From Barthelona sp. PCE (lineage: Eukaryota): a stretch of 62,504 nucleotides of DNA. The DNA lies in contig JAUFOR010000008.1 in the NCBI GenBank assembly GCA_040285745.1, forward strand, positions 2,108,001 to 2,170,504, given 5' to 3'. The position numbers were made by a program, and so were the translations under genes. How positions within the stretch are numbered: the first letter of the stretch is position 1; every line of letters begins with the position of its first letter. Shown here piece by piece: positions 1-10,797 of this stretch. A model generated the notes under the pieces. It made no database searches and was not told the origin of the DNA. It worked only from the letters and a program-made list of their open reading frames with translations.

Positions 1-1155
1 TTTTTCCTTGCATTAGAAGTTTGGATCCAACACAATCGACGTGTTTTTCAGGTAACTAATAATGGTAAAACACTAAAAATGAGTCCTTCAGCATGCTGGG
101 TATTAACAGAGATGATAAAAGTTTCATCAATTCTCAAAATGCAGGCAGAACAAGATCCCAAAGAGAACTATACCCTACCCTGGCATTTTCCGTTGATAAA
201 ACATGAAAAAATAACAAGGATAGAGATTTTTGAGCCTTCAGAAGACCTAAAATCTCCATTTGTTTTAGAAATTATCTTTAATCATGTGTATAGACCATTA
301 AAATACAACAAATTCTTTGAAGAAGATACAGTTAAATTGGATTTGGGACCATTTATAAATCTCAAACATTTAATACTAAGAGAAGTTAATCCATTAAGGT
401 TACATTGTGTTCCATCACAGATAACTACACTTGAGATATATGATGTTCAACATTCCTTTACACTTTCTTCTTTTTTTTCTGATTGTGTTGAAACCAACAT
501 CCCCAGGCTTGATAAACGTATCCCACCGAGCACAAACCCCCTTGATACATGTAGCTGTGTACTTTTTAATCCAAAAGTTGCCGACCAGGTTAAGCTTTTT
601 TCGATAGAGAAACTAATCATTAATAATACATCCTTAGTAGATACAACAAACATATTCCATAAGCTGCCCTTGCTGGAGCATCTTGATTTGAAGAAAAATG
701 AAATCAGGCAGATAAATAACCTAAATTTATGTGGATTTCTATCATTTGTTGATTTAAGCTTTAATAAGATTGATAACCTAAATGCAATCAGTAATTTGCC
801 TGATATGGTAGCGAGTGTTAATCTTAGTAACAATAGCATAAGTAAGTTAGATTTTAATTTCCAAGCTTCCATTAAACTTTTAAATTTGAATGATAATATT
901 ATAATGGATGAGAAAACAATTATAAGTTTACTTATTAATAATTATATTGAACAAATCTATTTCTTAAATAATCCAATCATTTTTCAGACTAATTTTAATG
1001 AAAACTTTTTAAACATGCTATTTCAAGAAATTTTTGAACAAAACTTAACAGACATTAACTTAAAAACAATAATTAACGATGAAATCAATTGTTTTAAAGA
1101 ATTTCAAAAAGAAAATGAAAAACAAATTGAATCCAATCACATTCATCTTTTTTAA
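1..1155 (+). CDS. Leucine-rich repeat protein (SDS22-type LRRs; nischarin/STK11IP-like layout), 5'-partial
   Basis: The frame of ORF 79..1155 is open back to base 1 (FFLALEVWIQHNRRVFQ...). LxxLxLxxN repeats: LEHLDLKKNEI, LSFVDLSFNKI, VASVNLSNNSI, IKLLNLNDNII. Confidence 0.75.
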   Translation, partial: FFLALEVWIQHNRRVFQVTNNGKTLKMSPSACWVLTEMIKVSSILKMQAEQDPKENYTLPWHFPLIKHEKITRIEIFEPSEDLKSPFVLEIIFNHVYRPLKYNKFFEEDTVKLDLGPFINLKHLILREVNPLRLHCVPSQITTLEIYDVQHSFTLSSFFSDCVETNIPRLDKRIPPSTNPLDTCSCVLFNPKVADQVKLFSIEKLIINNTSLVDTTNIFHKLPLLEHLDLKKNEIRQINNLNLCGFLSFVDLSFNKIDNLNAISNLPDMVASVNLSNNSISKLDFNFQASIKLLNLNDNIIMDEKTIISLLINNYIEQIYFLNNPIIFQTNFNENFLNMLFQEIFEQNLTDINLKTIINDEINCFKEFQKENEKQIESNHIHLF

Positions 1156-1197
1156 TATATTGACATTTTGATTATGAAGGTCTTTATCAGAAAACTA

Positions 1198-1692
1198 TTA
1201 TTTGAGATCATCAAAATAATCTAGTAAAGTTGTAGGAGCAATTTTATAATTTGTTTCTGTGTTACTCCGCCTAAACACATAAAAATCAATGTGCAGTTGT
1301 CTGATCAAGTCCCCGTCTTCCGAATCTAACAGGAAATACTCGCTATCCTCTGAAATAAACTCACTATCTATTCGCATATAACAGGGCTTCAAAAAGTTCG
1401 AAATTACTGTTGAAAATTCTTTTGGGATGAAATAACACTTAAAATATAACTGATTCATCCAGTGATGTATGTCAAAATTTTCTTCTGAAGGAGAATATAA
1501 TACTATAGCTTGTTTTTGAGGTGATTTATGCATCATTGTGTTTAAAATAGGCACCAACCTTCGACTCAAAGGGAAAACAAAAGGTGCATTAAGGAAAATT
1601 ATCTCATTAGGAAGACTATCAAAGGAAACAGGTCGTCCATTTATCTCAATAATGTTTAAACGCTCAAATTCCTGCTTGGTTATTGTAAGCAT
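1198..1692 (-). CDS. Small protein, probably a degenerate thioredoxin-like (nucleoredoxin/tryparedoxin-type) fold without CxxC
   Basis: 164-aa ORF. The segment NGRPVSFDSLPNEIIFLNAPFVFPLSRRLVPIL...AIVLYS follows the nucleoredoxin pattern, but no Cys pair is present. Confidence 0.45.
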   Translation of the reverse strand: MLTITKQEFERLNIIEINGRPVSFDSLPNEIIFLNAPFVFPLSRRLVPILNTMMHKSPQKQAIVLYSPSEENFDIHHWMNQLYFKCYFIPKEFSTVISNFLKPCYMRIDSEFISEDSEYFLLDSEDGDLIRQLHIDFYVFRRSNTETNYKIAPTTLLDYFDDLK

Positions 1693-2011
1693 CTAGCTCT
1701 GCTCTCTAATATGCGCTAATTTAAATCGAAAAGGAAGATTATTCAAAAAACAACATCTTCATCTTCAACAGTAAATCAATCTGGTATTTGGGAAGATTAG
1801 TTCATTTTCATGCTTTTTTTGATGACTAAGATGTATTAAATTACAATATAAGCTGCCAGATTTTTCCCTGCACAAAACCTTTTTCCCGCAATTCGAAAAA
1901 TGGTTTGGAACTTGCACTTGTATAATTTACTCTGAATTTATTTTATCAATGAAATGTACAATAAATGATATAATCACATTATCCATCTTTATCTTTCTGA
2001 TTTGTCAAAAA

Positions 2012-4441
2012 ATGAGCACAAATCAACCGTACACCAACATAGATACCTCAGAAAACGATGAAATGAGATCTGGTGTCACTAAGAACAAAGTTTATGCGGT
2101 TGAAAAATTGAATAAGCGGAATGGGTTTTATTTGTGGGGATTTCTGATGGTAACACTCATTCTTTGCATGTTTTTGCCATCATATATGGATTCAGTAAGT
2201 TTAGAATGGCCAAACGGAACTTCTGCCACAAGGGCTTTAGATCGCCTTGTTATTGCTTGTAACCATAGTCATAACTACGGAAGTCCTGCGTTTTATGATG
2301 TTGAAAATGGAATAATTTCTGAATTAAATAGCATTAAGACCGACATTGAAACTAATCTTGACGATTCGTGGAATGCACAGGTTGAATTTGATAATTCTCC
2401 TATTGAAGTGCCAGTTCACTGGATGAAGTACTTTGTAACGAGTTATAACATCACAAACGTCATCTTTACGCTTACTCCTAAACATTTAACAGGAAATTTT
2501 TCGTACGTTATGGTAAATGCACATTATGACTCTGCATCGTTCAGCCATGGTGCATATGATGATTATATTCACATCACAGCCATGTTTGAGGCTATATACG
2601 GTCTTTTAGAGAAAGATAGCACATCTTTCAACAAAGGTTTCGTTTTTCTGTTCAACGGGGCTGAAGAGCAAGGATTACTTGCCGCACAAAAATTCATCAA
2701 CACACACCCCTTGGTTGATCGTATTAAACTGTGTGTTAATTTAGAAGCAGCCGGCGTCACTGGTACCAAAATGGCCTTCTTCAGATCGGATCCAGCTTTG
2801 ATTCCTTTATGGGCCGAATCAGGTGCCAGTCGGTCAACCATCCTTACACTCATGGGTGCTTCTCTGATGAAAGCAGGCATCGTCTCCTCCAATACCGACT
2901 ATGTTGTCATAAGCCCCAAAATCCCAACGCTTGACTTTGCCTTTGTGCGTGGCCGCTGGGGATACCACACGGTGTATGATGCATCAGATCGTATAAGCCC
3001 TGATGCGATACTGGGATCTCTACACACAATTTTCTCAGTCTTTACCCACTCTGCCACATTTGATATCCCCACGAACCCCACGCAGACAGTAATGCTGCAA
3101 ATTCCAATCGTGGATGTTGTCATCCCCATCAATAACATTGTGATCGTTTCAGTAATTGCAGTTTTTGTGGTGATTATTCAATTACAAAAGAAAAAAGGTG
3201 AATTGGACCGCTGGATTGGATGGAGATCCCTTCTATCATCACTTGCATACCTTCTTATCGTTGCAGCTTTGGGATTCTGTTTTCAAATGCTCATGCCAGG
3301 TGCATTTTTCGGTATTTCAATCGCCCCCATGGCATACACATTGCTCCTATCGGGAATTGCCTTACTGCTAACACCAGCATTCGAACTTAACAGTTTTGTA
3401 TTGGTGCTGTATGCACTAGCATTATATTCTAGAATCCTCCCCGAAATGATTGGTATTCTCATCGTTATATCACTTCTTCAGCTCATTGTGTTCCGTGCGT
3501 TAAGTGAAAAGTCTTATCAAAAACTTGCCCTCATTATAGTGTACCCAATAGTTTTTGTTCTCATATATATCCCTAGTTTTGAGCTCATTGCTGACCAGAT
3601 TTTTACCGGACTATTACTCACCAAGCGTGTGGATATGTTTTACAGTGTCTTTTTGGGTATTTCTATCATGCTTGCTTTCTTTGGCATTGGACCCTTGTTA
3701 AACCGTCAGAAACGCATGCAAAAACTTTCCTCTATCCTCATAATTGTGGTAGGTTTACTGATGGTCATCTATATCATCCTCATTGGCCCCTATTATCACG
3801 CTAATGAAAAGATTGACTTCAGTGAGCGAAACACCGTTCCCTATTTGAGTAAGCATCCGTTTGCCTTACCCATTGGTAAGGCACTGTCACATCCTGACCT
3901 AGAAGATAACACTTTCATTGTTGAAATACCAGGCGGCTTTGATTACAGTGCTTTTTCTGATTGGTTAAGTGACAAGGGATACACTGTCAGTGAGTGCGAT
4001 GTTTGGGTGGCCCTGCGGATGATGACGTGGCCCACAAATCAGATATGCGTGCACAAGAACGAAACACCAGCCAGACCTGCCCAGGAAAGTGTAATTAGCA
4101 TTACAAAAGGAAATAATAACACAATTGATATTGATATAGTTGGTTATGAGTCAATAACATACGAATTTTCCTTCAACGTATCATATAAAGGAGATCAATG
4201 CGATTTTAAAACATGCGGTAAAGGTTTACGTATTATTGATGGAGGTACACCCCATCATCATTCGGTTACTGTTCAAGTTGAAGAGTTCCCGGTATCCATC
4301 GACTACAACGTGCACTATAGCAACTTTGTTGATCCAGATGTTACTCAATTCATCGAAGATCTTCCTCCTGTGATTAGCATATTTGGTGCAGCACCTTTCC
4401 TCCCCCCTACTGGTACGTATGGTCGTATTGTCTTAGAGTGA
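2012..4441 (+). CDS. M28-family membrane metallopeptidase (ERMP1/Pff1-like)
   Basis: Motifs NAHYDS, GAYDD, FLFNGAEEQGLLAA, NLEAAG, SNTDY, YHTVYD, followed by ~8-9 TM helices. The ORF opens at 1949; MSTNQ at 2012 is the likelier start. Confidence 0.9.
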   Translation: MSTNQPYTNIDTSENDEMRSGVTKNKVYAVEKLNKRNGFYLWGFLMVTLILCMFLPSYMDSVSLEWPNGTSATRALDRLVIACNHSHNYGSPAFYDVENGIISELNSIKTDIETNLDDSWNAQVEFDNSPIEVPVHWMKYFVTSYNITNVIFTLTPKHLTGNFSYVMVNAHYDSASFSHGAYDDYIHITAMFEAIYGLLEKDSTSFNKGFVFLFNGAEEQGLLAAQKFINTHPLVDRIKLCVNLEAAGVTGTKMAFFRSDPALIPLWAESGASRSTILTLMGASLMKAGIVSSNTDYVVISPKIPTLDFAFVRGRWGYHTVYDASDRISPDAILGSLHTIFSVFTHSATFDIPTNPTQTVMLQIPIVDVVIPINNIVIVSVIAVFVVIIQLQKKKGELDRWIGWRSLLSSLAYLLIVAALGFCFQMLMPGAFFGISIAPMAYTLLLSGIALLLTPAFELNSFVLVLYALALYSRILPEMIGILIVISLLQLIVFRALSEKSYQKLALIIVYPIVFVLIYIPSFELIADQIFTGLLLTKRVDMFYSVFLGISIMLAFFGIGPLLNRQKRMQKLSSILIIVVGLLMVIYIILIGPYYHANEKIDFSERNTVPYLSKHPFALPIGKALSHPDLEDNTFIVEIPGGFDYSAFSDWLSDKGYTVSECDVWVALRMMTWPTNQICVHKNETPARPAQESVISITKGNNNTIDIDIVGYESITYEFSFNVSYKGDQCDFKTCGKGLRIIDGGTPHHHSVTVQVEEFPVSIDYNVHYSNFVDPDVTQFIEDLPPVISIFGAAPFLPPTGTYGRIVLE

Positions 4442-4639
4442 CCCTAATAAATTATATTCAAAGCTTAGAAAAGTATAACCGGCATAAAAAACTTGTTTAT
4501 GTTTTCTTTTAGATATTTATCAGTGTTGACATCGTGCAATATAGTTATACAACAGCGAATCACAACATACTATGGCCATAACAGGAGAAATAACTTGGTA
4601 TTCGCTTATTTTGTCCATTTCAAGGGAATTCTTCATCAT

Positions 4640-5359
4640 ATGAGCCTCAGGCGTTCAAGAACCAAGCAAAAGACCGCTACCAATGTGGGCATGCCTACAA
4701 AAGTGCAGAAAACATCAAACAGTGACGAACTAAACGATAACTACAATATACCAGCACAATTCTCACTTATGGCACCAGAACAACTGCTTACAAGCGACGA
4801 AATCAAGTCGAAAGAGTTCTATCTCTTTACATTACCCTCAAATATTTCCGTTAACGATCTCAACGGTAAAGATATTACGATAGGGATGCCAGACGTACAT
4901 TCTAAGGTGGCGTCAGTGGACTTGGACAACGGAAAGTGCATTGTCTCACGAAAGAAGCCAGAAGATTTCAGCAACCTTCAATTATGGTTTCCAAGAGCTA
5001 CAGAAGGTAATGTCCTTTCGAAGGCGTATTACTCAAACGTTGAGCTGAAATGCGTTGAACATTTTGGTATTTCACAAGATATAAGTCATGCAGAAGTTGA
5101 TGATGATCTGCCTATCAAACCCAAGCCTGAACAGCATGATTTAACAAAGATGGAGGGTGTATTTCACTTTGCTGATTATACTGAACCTGTAAGGAAAGAG
5201 CCAAAATCAGAATCAGAGACTGAAGAACCTGAAGTAGTTGAGAAGAGGAAAAAGAAGAAAAAGAAAAAGAAGACTTCAGACGGTGAGAAGATAGTGGACG
5301 GTGAGAAAAAAAAGAAAAAGAAGAAGAGAAAGAAGAAAAAAACCGAGGAATCTGAATAA
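4640..5359 (+). CDS. RNA polymerase I subunit A34.5/PAF49-like protein
   Basis: KEFYLFTLPSNISVNDLNGKDITI resembles the A34 dimerisation motif, and the C-terminal tail is Lys/Glu-rich. First ATG is at 4640; the ORF-track start is a TTG. Confidence 0.6.
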   Translation: MSLRRSRTKQKTATNVGMPTKVQKTSNSDELNDNYNIPAQFSLMAPEQLLTSDEIKSKEFYLFTLPSNISVNDLNGKDITIGMPDVHSKVASVDLDNGKCIVSRKKPEDFSNLQLWFPRATEGNVLSKAYYSNVELKCVEHFGISQDISHAEVDDDLPIKPKPEQHDLTKMEGVFHFADYTEPVRKEPKSESETEEPEVVEKRKKKKKKKKTSDGEKIVDGEKKKKKKKRKKKKTEESE

Positions 5360-5376
5360 AATTTTATTACTATATT

Positions 5377-6300
5377 TTATTGTTTTACCACTATCATTAA
5401 ATCTATAACATCCCATATATCACAAAGTATACTTGATTCTTCAACTAATTTAGTTTCTGAAAAAGTATCAGTGTCAGAGAAATTCAACCGCAGATATTTG
5501 CCACCATACTCTCTCAATGACTGTTTCATAGTAACTCCACAACTGTACTCCTGTGCCTTCGTCACGAATGCTACATAATTAACAAAATTTGCTGTTACTG
5601 ATTGTGAAGACCCAAATGACTTGAAAGAAATGTGGTTTTCGCTGTTTTGCTGCTTATTTCTCTGTGTGATTCTTACTTTTGTTCCTTCCAGCTCAATTTC
5701 AAACATGTGGTTATCTCTGAGTATATGTAATAATGAACGAAAACAAAATAAAACGATAAAGCCATGATACTTCAATTTTGCAAGAATATTCTTCATAAAT
5801 ACATTAAATGAAGACATGTTGCGCGCGGCAGAGTGGAATTCCATTAATCCTACAAGAATAAAATCAAAACCTGTTCGTGAATAAGCTGATAATGGTACTG
5901 TAAGGAAATTAATGTTATAGACCTTTGGAGGAATGCTCAGGTCGTACTGTGTCTTCATAAGAGAGGAAACATTCTCAAAATCATCATCTTCCTTTCGAAA
6001 CGAAAATAAGTACAACATTGTTGTGAGATGAAATGATAGCTTATTGTTGTTATCCAGTAACACTTCTCTTGCAATAATGTCCCTCAAAAATATACCTGCA
6101 CAACATTCAATTTCATCTGAAGGTAGATACACTGACAGAACGTGTTCAATGAAAGGTATTGCAAAATATGCTTCCCTATGTGTGTACTGTGCCTTTGACG
6201 GAATTGCTGAATGGTCTGTAATTGTTCTCTTTTGGTCATATGAGTTGGGATGAACTACCGATGTATGATCGACTGATGTGTCATAATTCACAGGCTCCAT
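5377..6300 (-). CDS. Divergent mRNA cap guanine-N7 methyltransferase (RNMT/Abd1)-like protein
   Basis: FDFILVGLMEFHSAARNMSSFNVFMKNILAKLKYHGFIVLFC and NFVNYVAFVTKAQEYSCGVTMKQSLREY parallel the C-terminal RNMT motifs. The SAM-binding glycine motif is not recognisable. Confidence 0.55.
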   Translation of the reverse strand: MEPVNYDTSVDHTSVVHPNSYDQKRTITDHSAIPSKAQYTHREAYFAIPFIEHVLSVYLPSDEIECCAGIFLRDIIAREVLLDNNNKLSFHLTTMLYLFSFRKEDDDFENVSSLMKTQYDLSIPPKVYNINFLTVPLSAYSRTGFDFILVGLMEFHSAARNMSSFNVFMKNILAKLKYHGFIVLFCFRSLLHILRDNHMFEIELEGTKVRITQRNKQQNSENHISFKSFGSSQSVTANFVNYVAFVTKAQEYSCGVTMKQSLREYGGKYLRLNFSDTDTFSETKLVEESSILCDIWDVIDLMIVVKQ

Positions 6301-6430
6301 GATCTATTCTAGTGTGGTTTGACCAATCCAAGCATGAAAAGGTGGAGAAAAGGAATAATGACTCTGTAGTAATATTTTAATATCTTTTACCCTTCATTTT
6401 TTGAGTTTTTTTTGGGCTTAACGATATTAA

Positions 6431-7294
6431 ATGGACACTGTTGATGTAGACGGGGGTTTCACTGCCAGCAAATCGAAGCAAGAACTAATAACTATTGGAA
6501 AAAGTCTATTTCGCGATTATCTAGCTATCATCGATGACTGTAAGGTCTTGGATGAGATGGTTAAAACGCAAACAAAAGTAGCACAAGAGGGCAGACGTAA
6601 AACTCAAAGGCTGGAGGAAGAAATGGAGAATATGACTGTAGAACAGCGTAAAATTATTGAACGGAAGGATAGAGTAATACAATTAATCACAGAGGAGAAC
6701 AATATGAATCTTTCAGCATTGCAGGCGAAGGATGAACGCATATCTTCATTAAACACACAAATTGGGAAAAAGCAGGATGATAACACAATGTTAATTAAGG
6801 AAAATCATGAATTGATATCCAATATTGACTTTTTAAAGGAAAAAATTAATGAGCTAACACGATTGACGGAGAAAAAATCAAAAAGAATTCGAACAGTCGA
6901 AGAAGACCTGCAGCAATCAGAGTTGTTGTTGTTAAAGTACAGACTTGACATTGACACATTTGTGCTTTATAGAGTGAAACAAGTTAGTCTAATTAAGAGT
7001 TGTTTGAATATTGTGAAGAATCCAACAAATGGTAGTTTCTCTTTAGAATTTACAACATTGAAGACGACACAGACCTTTAATGTTACAGATATCAAAGCAC
7101 TGACACTCGAGGACGACAATGAAGATGGGTTTTTTATTGAATTCATTCAAGAGATCCATCATTATAGGAGCAAAGCTGGAGAACGATTTGAGATTGTAAG
7201 ATTAATCAATGAATTGGTACGGAGGGAAAGAGAAAAGATGGCTCCGCAGGTAAGTAATGTTGTAGATAATATATCTGCCTTTTTAGGTTGTTAA
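6431..7294 (+). CDS. Coiled-coil protein with a C-terminal PH-like domain
   Basis: 287-aa ORF with a heptad-rich N-terminal two-thirds and a beta-rich C-terminal part ending in a helix. Confidence 0.6.
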   Translation: MDTVDVDGGFTASKSKQELITIGKSLFRDYLAIIDDCKVLDEMVKTQTKVAQEGRRKTQRLEEEMENMTVEQRKIIERKDRVIQLITEENNMNLSALQAKDERISSLNTQIGKKQDDNTMLIKENHELISNIDFLKEKINELTRLTEKKSKRIRTVEEDLQQSELLLLKYRLDIDTFVLYRVKQVSLIKSCLNIVKNPTNGSFSLEFTTLKTTQTFNVTDIKALTLEDDNEDGFFIEFIQEIHHYRSKAGERFEIVRLINELVRREREKMAPQVSNVVDNISAFLGC

Positions 7295-7339
7295 TAAAAT
7301 ATGTTTCTAAATTTTTATCCTTTTCGTGGTTTTTTTAAA

Positions 7340-8449
7340 ATGGAAGAAGAGTTTTTTGGGCTGCATCAATTCAGTGAGTATGATCCAGATGATGTAATTA
7401 GTGAAGAAATAGATTTTGCCAGTTTATCTCTGGAAGAAGGTCTATTCTTCAACATTTATTTTGCTTTATGTAACCACTGTGATGTCACACCTGCACCATG
7501 TATCATTAAATCCTTTCACTGCATCTGCAATCTTCAAAATACCGAATACAGGAAATGTAAGCGAGCAGATCCTGTTCAATTCGAGATAGATAGTCAAACT
7601 TCGACCATTGAAGCCGTGAAGCTGCAGATAACATCAAACATTACGGAATCAAACTGGAAGCTCATTAATATTGCACTACCTCTTTCAACTGATATAAAAG
7701 GTGTTAATTTCTACGGCGATCTGCCCGAAGAACACCACTTAGAAGAGATTTTTAAGCACAACTATACCTTTTTTGGTTTTGAAAACGTTGCTGACTTGAA
7801 CCCTGTAATTAATTACTTACGCACATTTCTGACTGAATTCGACAATGGAGACACATATCTTCGCCAGCTCTTTGTATCAAATTGTCATGGAGAAGAAATT
7901 AAAGAACTTTTTGAAATTTTGTCATTGAGCAGAATAAGTGAACTGTTAATGGTAGATTGTTCACTCCATGCCGCAACAGACGCTCTCTACACGTTTCTTG
8001 ACAGTAGGTCTATCACGCTACGCAAGTTAGGTTTTGTTAATTGTGATTTGAGTCCAGAAGATTTAGCTAATTTAGTAGAGTATCTCGACGAGCACGAAGC
8101 TAGTGAGACAGAGCTCGAAAGATACGGACCGTGGTCAGCTGATTTCGAGGCGATGTACGCCAAGAAGAAGAAGAAGAACGTATCATTCAAAAAACAGTAT
8201 TTCGGCGAAAATGAATTCAATGCAAGAGCGATTAGCAGTTTAAATGAAGTTCCATTCTTCCCTCTAGAAGTTCTTGATTTGAGCTTTATGCCTATTGGGG
8301 ATTTGCAAACAAAACTAATGTTTTATGCAGAAAAAAGTGAATGCTCAATAATAACAGAAGGTTGTTCATTAACTCTTGACACAAAGGAGGCTTTATTGGA
8401 GTCACGATCTACATCAAGACTTGCAAAAAATGAAGAGCAGAATGAATAA
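7340..8449 (+). CDS. RNI-like leucine-rich repeat protein
   Basis: LRQLFVSNC, ISELLMVDC, LRKLGFVNCDL, LEVLDLSFMPIG. Likely start is MEEEF at 7340; the ORF opens at 7301. Confidence 0.6.
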   Translation: MEEEFFGLHQFSEYDPDDVISEEIDFASLSLEEGLFFNIYFALCNHCDVTPAPCIIKSFHCICNLQNTEYRKCKRADPVQFEIDSQTSTIEAVKLQITSNITESNWKLINIALPLSTDIKGVNFYGDLPEEHHLEEIFKHNYTFFGFENVADLNPVINYLRTFLTEFDNGDTYLRQLFVSNCHGEEIKELFEILSLSRISELLMVDCSLHAATDALYTFLDSRSITLRKLGFVNCDLSPEDLANLVEYLDEHEASETELERYGPWSADFEAMYAKKKKKNVSFKKQYFGENEFNARAISSLNEVPFFPLEVLDLSFMPIGDLQTKLMFYAEKSECSIITEGCSLTLDTKEALLESRSTSRLAKNEEQNE

Positions 8450-8459
8450 AAAGTGTACA

Positions 8460-10424
8460 TTAGTATTCTGGAAATGCATATTGATGTTCAGCATTTGGAT
8501 GACTGTAACTCGAATCAGATGAAGGAACGGAAAATATTGAAAGCTCCACCGAGTTCTGCACTAAAATGCTCTCAATATTAAGAACTATAACCTCTTTTAT
8601 AACTGAAGGGTCATCAAAAGTGAGTGCAAAATGGGAAATATCATTGGGACATGTTTCAGCTGATAATGTTAGGAAAAAGAAATTTTCGCCTAACATTCGC
8701 ATTGGCACAGCATCTATTTCAACATACGATGTTGAACCTGTCATTCTCACTTTCAATACTGGTCGATCAGTTGAATATGCTGCAGTCTTCCACAAAATAA
8801 CGCAACCTAGAACTGGCCTGATCAACTTCTGATGCTCACTGTTGTCCCATGCACACTCTTGGTTTTCCCACTGATAAAATACTTCAAGGTCCATTGGATT
8901 TCCATCAAGCCCAAAGTGCGATGAACAGATTGTAACGAAAGAAGTCTCAAACACTTCCTTTTCTTTTGGGTTCGGAAACAAAACACTTCCACCTCCGCTA
9001 CTTGAGAGGTGTTTCGGCTTGTTTCGTTCAAAATTAAGCTGGATTTCCAACTCCTCAATATTGACACGGAAGGTTTCAATCTCATTCTCATGCAGCGCCT
9101 TTAGCTCGGCAATTTCCTTCTTCTTGTCAAGGACTTCAGCTTCCAAACGAGCTTTATGTTCAGCCAAAATTCTGTTGTTACGGTGCACTGTTGTAGCATT
9201 TCTTTTCAGACGGTCATATGACTTCCTCAGCCTCTCAAGTGCCTCTTCAACATTTTCAGCATTTGTTTCACGTGATTCTTGCAGTAGAGCTTTGAGTTTC
9301 TGATTTTCGTCCAGTAAATGCTGTTTTTCACGTTTGATAACCTCCCTCTCCTTGTCATACATCTCACGCTCCACGGACGCGTTCAGTTTAAGCTTTTTAA
9401 GTTGATCCATTAAGGGAGAATACTGACGAGCACGTTGTTCAAACTCAATGAGTTTCAAAGCCAATTCATTATTTTCAACACGCAAGCGCTTCTGCTGCTC
9501 GTCAAGAACCATGACGTTGAGCTCATGCTGCCTGCGCTGGAAATCGAGCTTTAACAATGACATTGCATGCATCATCACAGGGAAATTGAGAACGTCAGTC
9601 ACTGTTGGACGCGTAGATGGGTCTTTATCAAGCATGCACTGCACAATGAACTGCACAGCCTTGCTGTAACAGTCACCCAGAGGAGCAGGTGTTCGTCTTA
9701 ATATCATCTGAATTAAAATCATCTGATTACTTGCTTTGAAGGGGACAGAGAGTGTCATAAGCTCGTATAATATAACACCGAGACTCCAAACATCACTCTT
9801 AGTATTGTAAGGATCCCCATTGCAAAGTTCTGGAGAAAAATACAGTGGGGTTCCACAAAATGTCTTTGCGAATTGTGTGGAGCTGTTGAGAATGCGCCCA
9901 AGCCCCATATCCCCGATTTTGAGGTTTCCATCACTGTCAACCATAATATTAGAAGGTTTCAAATCCCGATGAATAATATTACTTCTATGGATAACTTTTA
10001 GGCCCTGTAGCAGCTGTACGAGCCACTTGAGTACTACATCCTCACGGAATAACTGTTTTTTTTCGATTTGACGCTTAATAATTCCATCAAGGTCTCCTTT
10101 AGAACAATACTCCATAATAATGTAAAGTTTCCGGTTTTGACAAAAGTGGCCATAGTAGCGCACAACATATGGACATCTAATTTTATGCATTACGGTTATC
10201 TCATTTTGCAAGGCACTGATCTCCCGTTTTGAGGCGTTACCGATAGGGATCTCCTTTAAAACGCAGCTCAGCCCATCCCTGCGACGTGTTGCTCGATAAA
10301 CCACGCCAAAAGCACCGCGCCCGATGGGCTGTGGCACAATATCAAAATCATCAAGTGGGGTGGGGTTCACAGGCCTTCTTTGAGGCTCTTGAACCTCGCC
10401 ACCGGATTTTGGACTTTCTGTCAT
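8460..10424 (-). CDS. NEK (NIMA-related) Ser/Thr kinase with coiled-coil tail
   Basis: GRGAFG, VLKEI, HRDLKPSN, DMG, FAKTFCGTPLYFSPELC, YNTKSDVWSLG, then a long coiled coil. Confidence 0.93.
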   Translation of the reverse strand: MTESPKSGGEVQEPQRRPVNPTPLDDFDIVPQPIGRGAFGVVYRATRRRDGLSCVLKEIPIGNASKREISALQNEITVMHKIRCPYVVRYYGHFCQNRKLYIIMEYCSKGDLDGIIKRQIEKKQLFREDVVLKWLVQLLQGLKVIHRSNIIHRDLKPSNIMVDSDGNLKIGDMGLGRILNSSTQFAKTFCGTPLYFSPELCNGDPYNTKSDVWSLGVILYELMTLSVPFKASNQMILIQMILRRTPAPLGDCYSKAVQFIVQCMLDKDPSTRPTVTDVLNFPVMMHAMSLLKLDFQRRQHELNVMVLDEQQKRLRVENNELALKLIEFEQRARQYSPLMDQLKKLKLNASVEREMYDKEREVIKREKQHLLDENQKLKALLQESRETNAENVEEALERLRKSYDRLKRNATTVHRNNRILAEHKARLEAEVLDKKKEIAELKALHENEIETFRVNIEELEIQLNFERNKPKHLSSSGGGSVLFPNPKEKEVFETSFVTICSSHFGLDGNPMDLEVFYQWENQECAWDNSEHQKLIRPVLGCVILWKTAAYSTDRPVLKVRMTGSTSYVEIDAVPMRMLGENFFFLTLSAETCPNDISHFALTFDDPSVIKEVIVLNIESILVQNSVELSIFSVPSSDSSYSHPNAEHQYAFPEY

Positions 10425-10797
10425 TTGAAGAAGACAAAAAAATCAATAAACAAGAAAAAAATACCTGTGAATCACACGTTTTACTGCTAATAGTGGTTTC
10501 CTTCTATTAAAAGGCTGCTACATGTTTAAGATAGCAATCCAAAAAAAAAACTTGTTAAAGGAATCAAACAAGAAAAACTGTTGTTAAAGCCCTAACGACC
10601 TGACTTACTGTTCAAAACAGCACCCAAAACAAATGTTGACACGACAATTGATGCTGAAATTGAAAAAACAGTTGTTCGTGCTCTGAATCGTTTAAATAAT
10701 GATGGTTTAGGAGGCTTTGCCTGAGCTTGATGTGTGGATGAAGAGGTATTCATTAAAAAAAAAGATGATAAAGATGATAAAAGATTTACAAGCGATA

